Source: Oculatellaceae cyanobacterium bins.114 (GTDB lineage: Bacteria > Cyanobacteriota > Cyanobacteriia > Elainellales > Elainellaceae). Taken from it: 64,000 nucleotides of DNA. Shown here piece by piece: positions 19,197-31,000 of the stretch. Within the stretch, counting starts at the first letter, position 1. Every line of letters begins with the position of its first letter. A program made the translations under genes and the position numbers. The notes below the pieces were generated by a model. The model was not told the DNA's origin, did no database searches, and was given only the letters and a program-made list of their open reading frames with translations. The stretch lies in NCBI GenBank assembly GCA_033764315.1, contig JANRJA010000041.1, positions 11,050 to 75,049 of the forward strand, given 5' to 3'.

Positions 19197-20753
19197 TCAT
19201 GATGTCAGGGACACAGGTTCCTCCTTCAGTCGTCCATTGAAATGTTGAATCAGCAAATCGCGTAAGACGGGCTTTAACTCATTGCAAGGCACTGCTTTTT
19301 GAACACAGGTGCCTAACACCGCTTCTTTGCCGACTTTACCGCCCATGTAGATATCAACCGCTTCTAGCGTTTGCCCATCTTTGCGAGTTTTAGTGCCCAT
19401 TAAGCCGATATCTGCCACTTGGGGCTGCCCACACGAGTTAGGGCAACCTGTCCAGTGAATTCGCACAGGGCGAGGACAGTGCACTTCTTTTTCCAGTTCT
19501 TGAATCAGCGCGATCGCCCGATTTTTGGTTTCAATGAGGGCAAAGTTGCAAAATTGAGCACCTGTACAGGAGACCAGTGCCCGACTCAAGTTGTCTGGAT
19601 GGGTTGAAAACCGTTGTACCAGCGGTTCCTTTAGCAGGGGCGCAATGCGAGAGTCAGGCACATTAGGAATAATGATGTTTTGTTCAACAGTCAGGCGCAA
19701 CTCACCACTGCCATAAACATCTGCCATTCGTGCCAGATCAAACATATCGGGGGCATAGAGACGACCCACGGGAACATGGAGTCCAACGTAATTTAACCCT
19801 GGTTGTTTTTGAGCGTGGATACCAATGTGATCGCGTTTATCCCACACAATTTCATCTTTGGGTGCAGCGGTTTGGAGGGGATACCCCAACTGTTGCTCCA
19901 CTGCTGCTCGAAACGGCTCAATACCCCACTCGTCAATTAACCACATCAGTCGCGCTTTTTGCCGATTGGCTCGCAGTCCATGATTGCGATAGACCAGCAA
20001 AATGGCTTCGCACAATGCCACTACATCACGAGGGTTGACCCAGGCATTCAGAGGAATAGCTGCTTCGCAGCGTTTGGCAGAGAAAAATCCGCCTACTAAA
20101 ACGTTGAAGCCTAAGACGCCTTCTTTAAAGGCAGGCACAAAGGCTACATCGTTGATCTCGGCGTGAACAGAGTTATCTCGACATCCAGCGATCGCGATGT
20201 TGAACTTGCGCGGTAGGTTAGTAAATGACGGGTTGCCCTCGCCATTGTTGGTGATCATGTCTTGCACTTTGCGGATAATGCCACGAGTATCAAGTAACTC
20301 ATCCGCATCAATTCCGGCGACGGGGGAGCCTGTGATGTTGCGAACGTTGTCCATGCCCGACTGAATGCTTGTCAATCCGGCCTGCTCAAATTTAGAGAAG
20401 ATGGTGGGAATATCTTCTAGCCGAATGCCCCGCAGTTGAATGTTTTGGCGAGTAGTAATGTCAGCACTGCCCTCTTCGCCATAGCGTTGCACTACTTCCG
20501 CCAGCACTCGCATTTGCCCGCTCGTGAGAATGCCGCTCGGCATCCGCATCCGTAACATGAATTTGCCCGGTGTAACGGGACGAAAAAAGATTCCCATCCA
20601 TTTCAAACGGTGGTCGCGATCGATCTCATCCATCGCTTCCCAGCCCATCTGGGCAACGGTTTCCAGGTCAGCTTTAAGGGCTAAACCATCCTTCTCCGCT
20701 TTAAACTTTTCAAATTTGTTAAGACTTGATGACGTAGGCAGGGTGCTTGTCAT
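19197..20753 (-). CDS. nirA: Ferredoxin-nitrite reductase
   Basis: Motifs NKFEKFKAEKDG, ADITTRQNIQ, NLPRKFN, SCTGAQFCNFA and HWTGCPNSCG (siroheme/4Fe-4S ligands). Confidence 0.97.
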   Translation of the reverse strand: MTSTLPTSSSLNKFEKFKAEKDGLALKADLETVAQMGWEAMDEIDRDHRLKWMGIFFRPVTPGKFMLRMRMPSGILTSGQMRVLAEVVQRYGEEGSADITTRQNIQLRGIRLEDIPTIFSKFEQAGLTSIQSGMDNVRNITGSPVAGIDADELLDTRGIIRKVQDMITNNGEGNPSFTNLPRKFNIAIAGCRDNSVHAEINDVAFVPAFKEGVLGFNVLVGGFFSAKRCEAAIPLNAWVNPRDVVALCEAILLVYRNHGLRANRQKARLMWLIDEWGIEPFRAAVEQQLGYPLQTAAPKDEIVWDKRDHIGIHAQKQPGLNYVGLHVPVGRLYAPDMFDLARMADVYGSGELRLTVEQNIIIPNVPDSRIAPLLKEPLVQRFSTHPDNLSRALVSCTGAQFCNFALIETKNRAIALIQELEKEVHCPRPVRIHWTGCPNSCGQPQVADIGLMGTKTRKDGQTLEAVDIYMGGKVGKEAVLGTCVQKAVPCNELKPVLRDLLIQHFNGRLKEEPVSLTS

Positions 20754-20901
20754 AAACTATCCTTAAGCGGACTCAACCAGGAGCCGCTACGACGCTGTAC
20801 TAAGACTGGGTCTGAAACTTCTATGCCAATCGGGTATGAAGGCAACTGGGTGGGTTGAATTGTGAGTTGCTTTCACCGCGATCGCTTGCTTTATGTTGCT
20901 T

Positions 20902-20943
20902 ACGTTAAGCGGATAAACCAGTCAAATTCGTATATTCAGTCAC
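20902..20943 (-). promoter_or_regulatory. NtcA-activated class II promoter of nirA
   Basis: Minus strand reads GTG-ACTGAATA-TAC (20943-20930), a 22-nt spacer, then TAACGT (TAN3T, 20907-20902). Confidence 0.8.
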
Positions 20944-20957
20944 AAAACCGCTTAAAT

Positions 20958-20996
20958 TATGCGTTTTATGCATAGATTAAATGCGTTAAACGCATT
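20958..20996. promoter_or_regulatory. Two tandem NtcB (LysR)-type boxes, AT-N11-AT
   Basis: TATGCGTTTTATGCATA (20958-20974) and AATGCGTTAAACGCATT (20980-20996), just upstream of the NtcA site. Confidence 0.7.
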
Positions 20997-21095
20997 TTCA
21001 TACCCTCTTGAAGCGTTGAGATGGGACGCTCTATAAAAAATTGTTTTTTTACTTGAAAAATTATTCAATGTACGCGATGTGCAATTTAGGGGTTT

Positions 21096-21161
21096 AGATC
21101 CCCGGTTTATAGGGATGTAACAGGCACCTGTTAGTCAACTCCAACAAGAAACCGGGGATCT
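21096..21161. repeat. MITE-like element with 13-bp perfect terminal inverted repeats
   Basis: AGATCCCCGGTTT ... AAACCGGGGATCT; shares the internal ACCTGTTAG with 14476-14539. Confidence 0.8.
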
Positions 21162-21545
21162 GGAATATAGATCCCACTAAGCTCTCTAAGAAGGCAAAAT
21201 CTTTTAATTAGACCGTTGCCGCATGTTTTGACAAGAGCCTTGATCTGGTCAAGAGTGACCAGATGTGACTGACCTGAGTGCCTTACTGAAGATTGTGCAG
21301 CTACCTATCTTGCTCTCGCGGGCGAAATGCTGACCAGAGATGGTTGTCAAATCTCAGCTAAAGTCTATAGGCTTGAAACCGTTTCAATAAGGACGATTCA
21401 GCCAAATTAGCAGGTGGTTTGGCAATTGGTAGTCCTTAACAAGCAAGGATATGCCCCGTTATGCGAGCACATCCTTACTCCAAGCATCCTTACTCCAAAA
21501 TCATGTTTTTAGAGCACTAATTAAGAAATGACGATGTCTCGATCA

Positions 21546-21602
21546 CATCGATTGTATCTCAAACCATCGACTGTATCTCAAACCATCGATTGTATCTCAA
21601 AC
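21546..21602. repeat. 3 x 19-bp tandem repeat
   Basis: CATCGATTGTATCTCAAAC x3 with one substitution and no spacers. Confidence 0.9.
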
Positions 21603-22004
21603 CGTCAACTTGCTTTATCAAATACTGTGCTCAATGTAAGCTGATGAGGAATTCACCTTGAAATTGTAATTACTAACATCAGCACGATATCTGCATATTA
21701 AATGTAAATCAAACGTATAGGTTGCTGATAGACGATCTTGAGTTCCATAGATCCAGAAGAATAAGTTGCATAAAAAAATAACTCACTTAATTTGATGGAT
21801 AAAACCTTCATTAAACGTAATACCAATAGCGAGAGTTTTATGAAACTCAATGTCATTCAGGTGCTTTAAATGTATTTGAAGACATTGCTCATGATCTTAA
21901 GAATCTCATTAGATTTTTAGGGTTGATTTCAGTGAATCAGCTTCTAAACTCATTTTCAGGGATGTCCAAACGAATTGTCTTTGTGATTATTGGGAGAGCT
22001 TTCA

Positions 22005-25000
22005 ATGATGTCGATTGACCTTCAGGTTGCTACTCGTGAAGTATTTGAACGGTTTCGGGAAACCTACCCCGAATTGGGGTCTATCACCGCGATCGCTGCA
22101 CAGAGTGAAGATAGCTTTGTCAACGCCCATATTGATAAGTTTGAAGGCGGTTCACGAGAGGCCCGACAGGTTTATCGATTAGCGGTCAATCTTAAACAAA
22201 AAGCAGATTTTCTCTGGCTCAATATTCAAGATGTTTTTGCGGCTCATCTGCAACAGACACTGTTTAATAACTTACCCACTGATCTACCCGATACATTTAT
22301 TAGTCACCAGGCTGAAATTCCTGCTTATAAACGGTTATTTGGTGGGTTTGATGTTATTGAGCAAGAGCACTGCCGATCCATTTTTGGTCCGGCTGCTTAT
22401 TTTGTTGATTTGCTGCGATTTATTGAAGCCAATATCACACAAAAGCTAAGTTCAATTCCGGCTGCTTGTCAGCTCAATTGGCGTCGTCCTGACCTCTCAC
22501 GCATTCGGTTAGATTGCAATAATGCCCATGAATTAATTCCCTATGTTGAGTTAGTCAATGAGTTATTAGAAACCTTTGTTAAAACGATTGAAACAGCGGA
22601 TCAAGATGCCTATGAAATCCTCAAAAAAGAGGTGTTTCCGATGCATCTTCCCTATCATTTACCACTTGATGAAATTCGGAGTTATTTAAAGCAACTAAAG
22701 ACCAGTCTATATCAGATTTATCGCATATTTGAGCGATCGCCTCAGACAGGAAGTAACACCACGTCACCCAACACTGGATTTCAGGAGCGAATGACGGGTG
22801 AAGCACTAGAGCTATCTCCAGAAGAATTTAGTTTGTTGGTTTCAGAGCTAGCTGCTCCCTTACAGGTCTATGGGGACGTACCGCTAACGGGCCGTGAGGG
22901 TCTAGAAAATATCGATGTATTTTTGGAGCAGACAGAATTAACCCGCAAAGAACTGAATCAATTACTGTTTCAAGATCTCGATCGCCACGAAATCAATGCT
23001 GGATTGTCCCGCTTATTTTTCATCAACAATGTTAATGACGGGTTGGGCTATTTAACCATTGCTGTGGCTGACAGTAACGCTGCAATTACTGCTGTAAATG
23101 CTGTTGCGAGTACTGCTGAAACCAATGACTATGACAAACTGCTAAACCTCAGTCTGGCAAAGCTCGATCGCATCTATCGGTTTCTCAAACTAGCCCGCAA
23201 GCTGAATTGGTCTTTTGCCGATCTTGATTGGGCATTGCGATCGCTCCATACACCTTACATTCCTGAAACTGCCCTCTTGTTTGATGGGGTCAACGATTAT
23301 GTTGAGTGCCGTGATGTCCACAACCTCGATCTGAGTGAGTTTACCCTTGAAGCGTGGATCAACCCCACTGAGCCAGGGCGCAACGTCATTATCAGCAAGG
23401 GTAATGAGGCAGAGCATCAACTCCACTTTATGGTGTGGGTAGACTCGGCAAATCGCTTGGCGTTTTATGGCAAGTTGTCTACCCCAGGAGACATTGAAAT
23501 TAAAAGTCTCTCGACTATTCCGGTTGGGGTGTTTACTCATGTAGCTGTCGTGGTGGATGAGTATTACGGAACGATTTGCCTGTTCATCAATGGCGACCTG
23601 GTTAATATAGACGTCGATATTAACGAACCCCCTGATACTGAGGCTAGCAGCCCGATTGAGCAAAAAGATGTGCAAGTTGCTCGATTAGGAAACCGAAAGA
23701 TTGTCTCGGTTGGGGATGATCTCTACATTGGGCGAGATCTGTATGACGAACACTTTACAGGCATTATCAAAGAAGTACGCATTTGGTCAAATAGTCGGAG
23801 CCAACTGGAAATCCAGGAATATCGGTATCGCCGCCTCACCGGGCAAGAACAGCGTCTGGTCGCCTATTGGGCCTTGACCGAAACCCCCTCTAACACGCTG
23901 TTAGATTTGACACCCAATGAAAATCATGGGGTTATGGGAGGCGCACAATTTTCGACACAACCAAAATGGGTGCAACGCGATTTAGTGTTAGATGCTCTTT
24001 CGGCAGGTCAGGGATTGCGGCTGAATGGTGTGGATGACTACCTGGCGGCTAAGGGAGTGAACTATGGCGATCTCAAAGAAGTTACCTTAGAAGTCTGGAT
24101 TAAGCTGGAAGCCCGCTCTGAGAAAAACACGATTTTGTTTAAGGGTAATAAAGCCACAGGGCAGTCTCAGTTTGCCGTGTGGATCAATGCTGATGGCAAA
24201 CTGGTGTTTCAGAGTGATTCACTGGCAAAACCCTACACCAGTGAAGACTCGATCCCCCTGGGGGAACTGACCCACATTGCCCTTGCGCTTGACCAAGAGG
24301 GCACTTCTAGAAAGCAAATTTTGAAAATCTATTTCAATGGCATTTTGGATGTGCAAATTTATGTTGATCCGGCTGACCCAGATATTTTGCCAGTGACGGC
24401 TCAAGAGGGCGATCGCGCCAATAGTTATTTGCTAGTAGGGCGCAGCGTTGAGGGAGCATACTTTAACGGTGTCATTCGCGAACTGCGGATCTGGAATCAA
24501 GCCCGCACGAAAGACCAAATTGCGTTGTATCTCTATCGTCCGATCTCGGCTGGAGAAGCCGGATTGATTGGCTATTGGCGACTGGATGAGATCGACATTA
24601 GCCCAGACAGCATTGCCCCTGATCTGGTGACTGGAGTGCGACATCCGCTCATGTTGGGAGGAATCGCCCCAGATCATGCACCCGATCGCATTACACTGAG
24701 CGATCGCCTCTTGCCTCCCTTGCCCATTGCTGTCTCTGGAACGGTACTGCAGTTTGATGGAGATAACGATGTAATCGTAATCCACGAAGCTAAACGAGCT
24801 GATCAGCACAATTCAAAACGCTGGGGTTTGGGGCAATACGATCGCTTTACGCTAGAGTTTTGGTTTAATGCTCAAGAACAAGCCCTGAGCGATCGCCAAC
24901 AGGTGTTGTTTAGTCAGGGTGATGCTGAGGCCGGGTTGAGTGTTTATCTGTTGCAACATCGGCTGCATGTGTTGGTGTGGACTAATAACTTTGAGGGCAA

Positions 25001-28000
25001 TGCCTTACAGCAGTCTCTGTTTAAGTCTGAGCCGATTACCTATCACCAGTGGTATCATTTGGCGATCGCTCAGGATGAGTTTCCCACCCCCAATGGTCCT
25101 GATGCCCGACCGTTGCCGCTGGAACCGATCGAACTGCGGGTTTATCTCAATGGCAACCTATTGCCAACTCCCTCTGGCACCCAAACAGCCCTGGGATTTC
25201 GCTTGAGTCCAGTGGGGGTTGCCTATCTGGGAGGACTGGGTGAACGGGGCATCACCAAATTTGAAGACGCTTATTCAGCGATCGAAGTTGAACATCTCTA
25301 TTTCTTTTCAGGGCAAATTACCGATCTGCGGCTGTGGAAGATTGCTAAAACAGCAGCCCAGATTGAGAGCGATCGCCACGTTGCCCCAACAACATCTCCC
25401 GATCTGGTTGCTTATTTTCCCACGACAGAGACGCAGGGAAATGAAATAAAGGACTGCACCGAAAATCTGGCTAATGTTGATGTGGGTACTCTGCAATCCC
25501 GCAATATTGCCTTTGTGACCAATGGCAGCGGCATCGAGTTAGAAAATACGTTTTCTCATTACGTTACACCAACGGTTTTAACCTGGTCTAACTACATCTA
25601 CACGGGCAGGATCTACATCGACAGTGAGGCGGCGGCAATTGGGGTGACGTTTTTGAGCCAATATCCCAATCATGAGGCTCGGTTTTATCGATTGCAGCGA
25701 CATGCCCAGAGACCTCAGTTTCACCTGGTGGCTCACACCTACGGTTTTCAACCCCTCACCCTGGTTAAAGAAGTCGAGGTGATTCCTCAACCCAATACCT
25801 GGTATCGCTTCCGAGTTCGAGTAGAGGATATTAACAATCAGACCGAGATTAAGGTACAGATTTGGGAGGATGAGCTAGACAACATTGAGCCTCCGGAAGA
25901 CGCCTTTCAACTACAGGCGATCGACACCAGTAGCTATCGGTTGACTCAAGGAACGGTTGGAGTGTGGGCCTTTGGCGACGGTAAAAAGCGATTTGATCGG
26001 CTCAAGGTAGAGCGCATTGCTCCGATCGGCTTGTTAGGGGAGACGCTGTTAACCGACAGCAATTTTGAGCCGTATGATCCCCCAACTGACCCAAGCGGAT
26101 GGAATCACACCAGCGATCGCATCGACTTTCAACAGAACGCCCTGTTGTTTAAATCGGTAACGCTGGATGGTAATCAGGTGCTGAGGACAGATCAAACGCT
26201 GGAAAACATGCAGTCTTTTTATGATCTGCCAGAGGCGTTGACCTGGAGCAACTATGTCTACACGGGCAAGATTCGCTTTACAGCAACTGACAGTGGAGCC
26301 GGGGTGAGTGTGCTGAGTCGCTATCCTGATGGCAAAGACCAGTGCTATCGCTTGCAGCGCGATCGCCTCAAGTCTAAGTTTTACTTAGATGCCCGTCCTT
26401 ATGGCATACAACCGATAACAGGGACGGTTGAATCAGGGGTCGAGTCGCGTCCAGAGGTGTGGTATCGCTTTCGCATTGAGGTGCGAAATACAGAAACGAC
26501 TACCTCCATCAAAGCCAGAGTTTGGGAAGCAGGCACCAACGAACCTACGACCTTCCAGATGGATGTGACAGACACCAGCCCAATTCGCATTCAGTCTGGC
26601 ACAGTGGGGGTGTGGGCAAGTGACAGTGGTTCTAAATACTTTGATGAGTTACAGGTTGTCTTCTTACCCAATATCTTACTAGAGGAAAATTTCGCGCAAT
26701 ATTCCCTGAATCAAGACCCTGACTTTTGGGTAGACACCAGCACTCGCATCAACTTTGACGAAGTGACACCCCTGTTTAAGGCAGTGGCTGATCCGACTGA
26801 CGCCGGAAACATCGTGTTGGGCTTCACCGAAACGGGCGATCGCGAACTCAACAGTGCCTATTCCCATTACGCCAAACCCACCGAAAATCCAACCGTTCTC
26901 ACCTGGACAAACTACATCTACACAGGCAGATTCTATGTGGCTGATCTGACTGGCAGTATCGGTGTAACGGTGTTGAGTCAGTTTCCAAATCGGCAAGAGC
27001 GGTGTTATCGCTTGGGGTATGACGGCAATTTCTCCACCACGTTCCAGGTTGTCAGCGTCATTCCCGGTGATATTGCCTCCTTGAGTGGCAAAAGTGACTC
27101 TGGTGTTGTGGCTCAAGCCAATACCTGGTTCCGTTTTCGCATTGAAGTCGAGAGCAACGACACGGCAAACCAGACTCGGATTCGAGCCCGAATTTGGCAA
27201 CATGGCACTCCAGAACCACAGGTGTTCCAGATCGATGCCTTTGAGGCGGGCGATCAACGACTCAAAGCTGGCACAGTTGGCATTTGGGTCGCCGACTTGG
27301 GGCTAAAACTATTTGATGATCTGCGAGTGCAACGACGCATTCTCTATAGCACTAACTTTGGAACAACCCCCGTCGGGCAGTTGCCGCCCGATTGGCAGAT
27401 TACTAAAGGCAATCGAGCATTTAAAGTGGTTGAGGTAGCGGGTAATCGGGTACTCAGCACTGAGCAAGGACAGTCAAACGAGATTCATGCTCATTTGAGA
27501 AGTCCAGAAACGCTAACTTGGAGCCATTACACTTACACCGGACGGTTCTATATTGATTCTCCCTCTGAAATAGAGGCGGGTAAATCCATTGCCAAAGGAG
27601 GGGGGATTGGAGTCTCCTTCTTTAGCCGCTACACCGCGACTGAAACCAATTCACTCAATCGCAATCGCTATTACCGGATGCGAGTGGGAGCCGCCACTGG
27701 AGAGAGAACCTTTGGCTTGAGAGCTGACCCAGGAGGTGTGACCAGTGATACAAATCAACGAGATACTAACATCCGAGTTGAAGTCAAAACCTGGTATCGC
27801 TTTCAAGTAGAGGTATACAACACGGCAACTCGAACTGAGATGCAAGCCAAAGTTTGGAAAGAAAGCGATCCCATGCCTGAAGCGTTTCAGATGGAGGGGT
27901 ATGACGACAGCACCCCCAATCTGGCTCAAAAACTGCCGGGACGAGTCACCTCTGGCACGATTGGGGTGTGGGCAGAAGGCGAAGGAATCAAATATTTCGA

Positions 28001-31000
28001 CGATTTGCAGGTGTCTGAAGGCATGATCTTATTTGAAGAGTTTGCCCCGCTGTCGCTCAATCAGCATCCTAACAACTGGGTAGATACCAGCATTCGTCAC
28101 AGCTTTGTGCCTGAACCCGGTTTATTTAAAACCATTGAGGTCGATGGCAAAACTGTATTTGGCACCACCAGCGAGAAATATAGTGCTCATTCTCACTACA
28201 CGCTTCCCGGTGAAGTGTTGAACTGGTCAAACTATACCTATATGGGCAAGTTGCGGTTGACCGATGCTAACGGTGGAATTGGGGTGACGGTTTTGAGCCG
28301 TTATCCTGAAGACCGAGACACCTATTATCGGTTGAGCTATGGCAGAACAACCCAGTTCAATACGTTTCATCTGGTGGCCTATCCCTACACTCCTGTTCGA
28401 TTAATGGGAGACACGGATTCGGGGATCACACCGGCTCTTAATGTTTGGTATCGCTTCCGAATGACGGTGCAAGATGCAGGCGATCGCACCACTATCAAAG
28501 CCAAGATCTGGCAAGACGGACACGACGAACCCGTTGAGTATTCGATCGATGCGTATGACAACAGTGGCAACCCTGGCGGTAACGGCACCGCACGCCTCAC
28601 CAGTGGCACCGTCGGTGTTTGGGGAGCAGGTCAGGGCAGCAAGTTCTTTGACGAATTGGCTGTGTTTCGTCACATCACAGTGTTAGAAGATTTTGGCAAT
28701 GATGCGTCTGACACGAACCCTCCTCAATGGAGAAATGTTAGTGCCCGTAGCCTATTCGCCACCGATCTAACTCTGTTTGCAACGGCTGATGTCTCTGACA
28801 ATACGCTGCACTGGACTGCAGTAGACAACTACCCGTTGCTATTGCGCCCACTCAATCAACAGGCACTACGATTTGACGGTCGCGGTGAATATGTGGCTGG
28901 GGCATTGCAGCAACCGCTGGAGTTGACGCAATTTACTGTTGCTGCCTGGATTCAATTGACGGGTTCTCCCAATCCTCTGGTTGAGCAAGAAAACCCTATT
29001 GTGGGACTGGGTGGGTTGACCCTGGCTGGGCAAGCAGTGAAGTTGTGGTTTGGCATCACCGTTGGTACTGAAGGCCAGCAACACTTTAAGCTGAGTGTGT
29101 CGCAGGTTCAAGATCAGACTCGACTGATCGATCAAACCCATCCTATTCCTCTGGGTGAATTTGTCTATGTGGCGGTTCAAGTGGATGGCGATCGCGTGAC
29201 CTTTTATCTGGCTGGAGAACAAGACTTTGCTAACGAAGCCAATGTTCGCAAGTTGCAAACACCGCTGGCGTTGCGGGTCAACCGCATCGAAATTGGCAGA
29301 GATCTGGGCACCCGCTATTTTGCTGGACAAATTAAAGAACTGCGGTTGTGGAATGTTGCCCGTCCGTTAGATGGGGCGATCGCTGACCGCTATCAACGTC
29401 CGGTTGTGTCTCGTGAGTTAGTCGGCTATTGGGCATTTAACGAAACGCAGGGCACGGAAACCAGAGATGCCTCGATGAGTGGCAACACCCTCTGGTTAGG
29501 GGATAGTGTGGGGGCACGCCAACCAGACCTGGTCGATTTGACAGAAGCCGATCGAGGATTTTGGCGATCGCAGCGACAAGTGTTGGGCTTTAATGGCACT
29601 GACCAACGAGTTACGTTGTCAGATCAAGGTAGTGGCAGTGCTCGTCTGCGACGCACGATTGAGGTGTGGTTCAGGGTAGAGGACAAAGGCATTGGCGATC
29701 GCAAGCAAGTGATCTATCACGAAGGCGATGACCAGCGAGGGCTAAATATTTACCTGTTTGATGGCTGTCTTTACTTTGGTGGATACAACGTTTCACCTAT
29801 CGAAAGCGACTGGCAGGGCACCTGGATCAAAACTGACCGCATCCAGTCGGGTAAATGGCATCATGTGGCATTGGTCTTAGATGGCAGAGCCGAAGTGCGT
29901 CCAGCCTCTTTTCGTGCCTTTTTAGATGGCCGATCGATTGATGTCAGCCCTGGATCACAGCTCTGGGGCGATCGCCCACCTTCCTCAATGGGGGGTGTCA
30001 GTAGCAAAGTACGCTTCCACGATGGCGTCTCTCTAGACCGACCGGGACACTTCTTCCGGGGGCAAATTTTGGAATTGCGGGTGTGGAACACCGTTCGCAC
30101 TGCCACACAAATTGCCACCTATCGCATGGCAGAGTTACAAGGCGACGAGCCATTTCTGGCTTTGTGGTGGGTGTTTGATGGACTCACCAGCACCCCCAAT
30201 GGCGTCGAAATTCTCGATATGAGTGGCAACCGTCACACAGCAATTGTGGAATCGGGACAGATCCAACCAATCATCTTGCCCCAACGGGCAACTCTCCCTG
30301 AAACCGATCTGACTGCACCTGTGCTCGATGGACTCGCCACCATCAAACAACTGCAAGACCAGAGTAACCTGTCGATCGATCGCCTGGTGGCCCTGTGGTA
30401 TCGCATCAAGCACATGGGTCGAGAAGACAAAACCACTCTGTTTGACCAGGTGTTTAACCCCAAGGGCATTGCGGGTGACGCTCGACGTAACAGCGAAGCG
30501 GCACGCTGGGAAGCTTATCCTATCGTGCGCTGGGGCAGATTGGGACAAGAAAATCTCAACCGCGATCGCCAGATTCGGACTCGTTTAATGGGGGCACTGC
30601 AAACCTCTGATGCCGATCTCAACACGATCGTAGAATCTCTCAGTGGTTTAGACCCGATCATCGATCTGGATAGTGCCTATCTCAACCAACTCTATCGGCT
30701 AGCGCGGTTGTCGCGTTTGTTGGGGTTGGGCGTCAATGACTTGTTGCGTTTGATGGACTGGATGCAACTTCAGTCAGTGAATAGTCTCAGTGATGTGGTG
30801 CAACTGGTGGAACGTGCCGATTGGTTGAAACTGACAGGCATTACTGTTGCTGACCTGGAGTTTTTTGCCAGCCCTGTCGGGGGCGATCGCCTACTGGGGA
30901 TCACTGAAGCCACCATACGGGATGTCGCGGATAGCCTGATTCGCCAATCGCGTGACTTTTTGGTGAATGGTGACTCCTTTGTCTCAAACGAGATCAGTCA

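Noticed and set aside
21546-21602. 19-bp repeats as a CRISPR array
   Set aside because: The units are directly adjacent with no spacers and are too short.
21990-22004. TTG start for the giant ORF
   Set aside because: GGAGAG at 21993-21998 is positioned as the RBS for the ATG at 22005.
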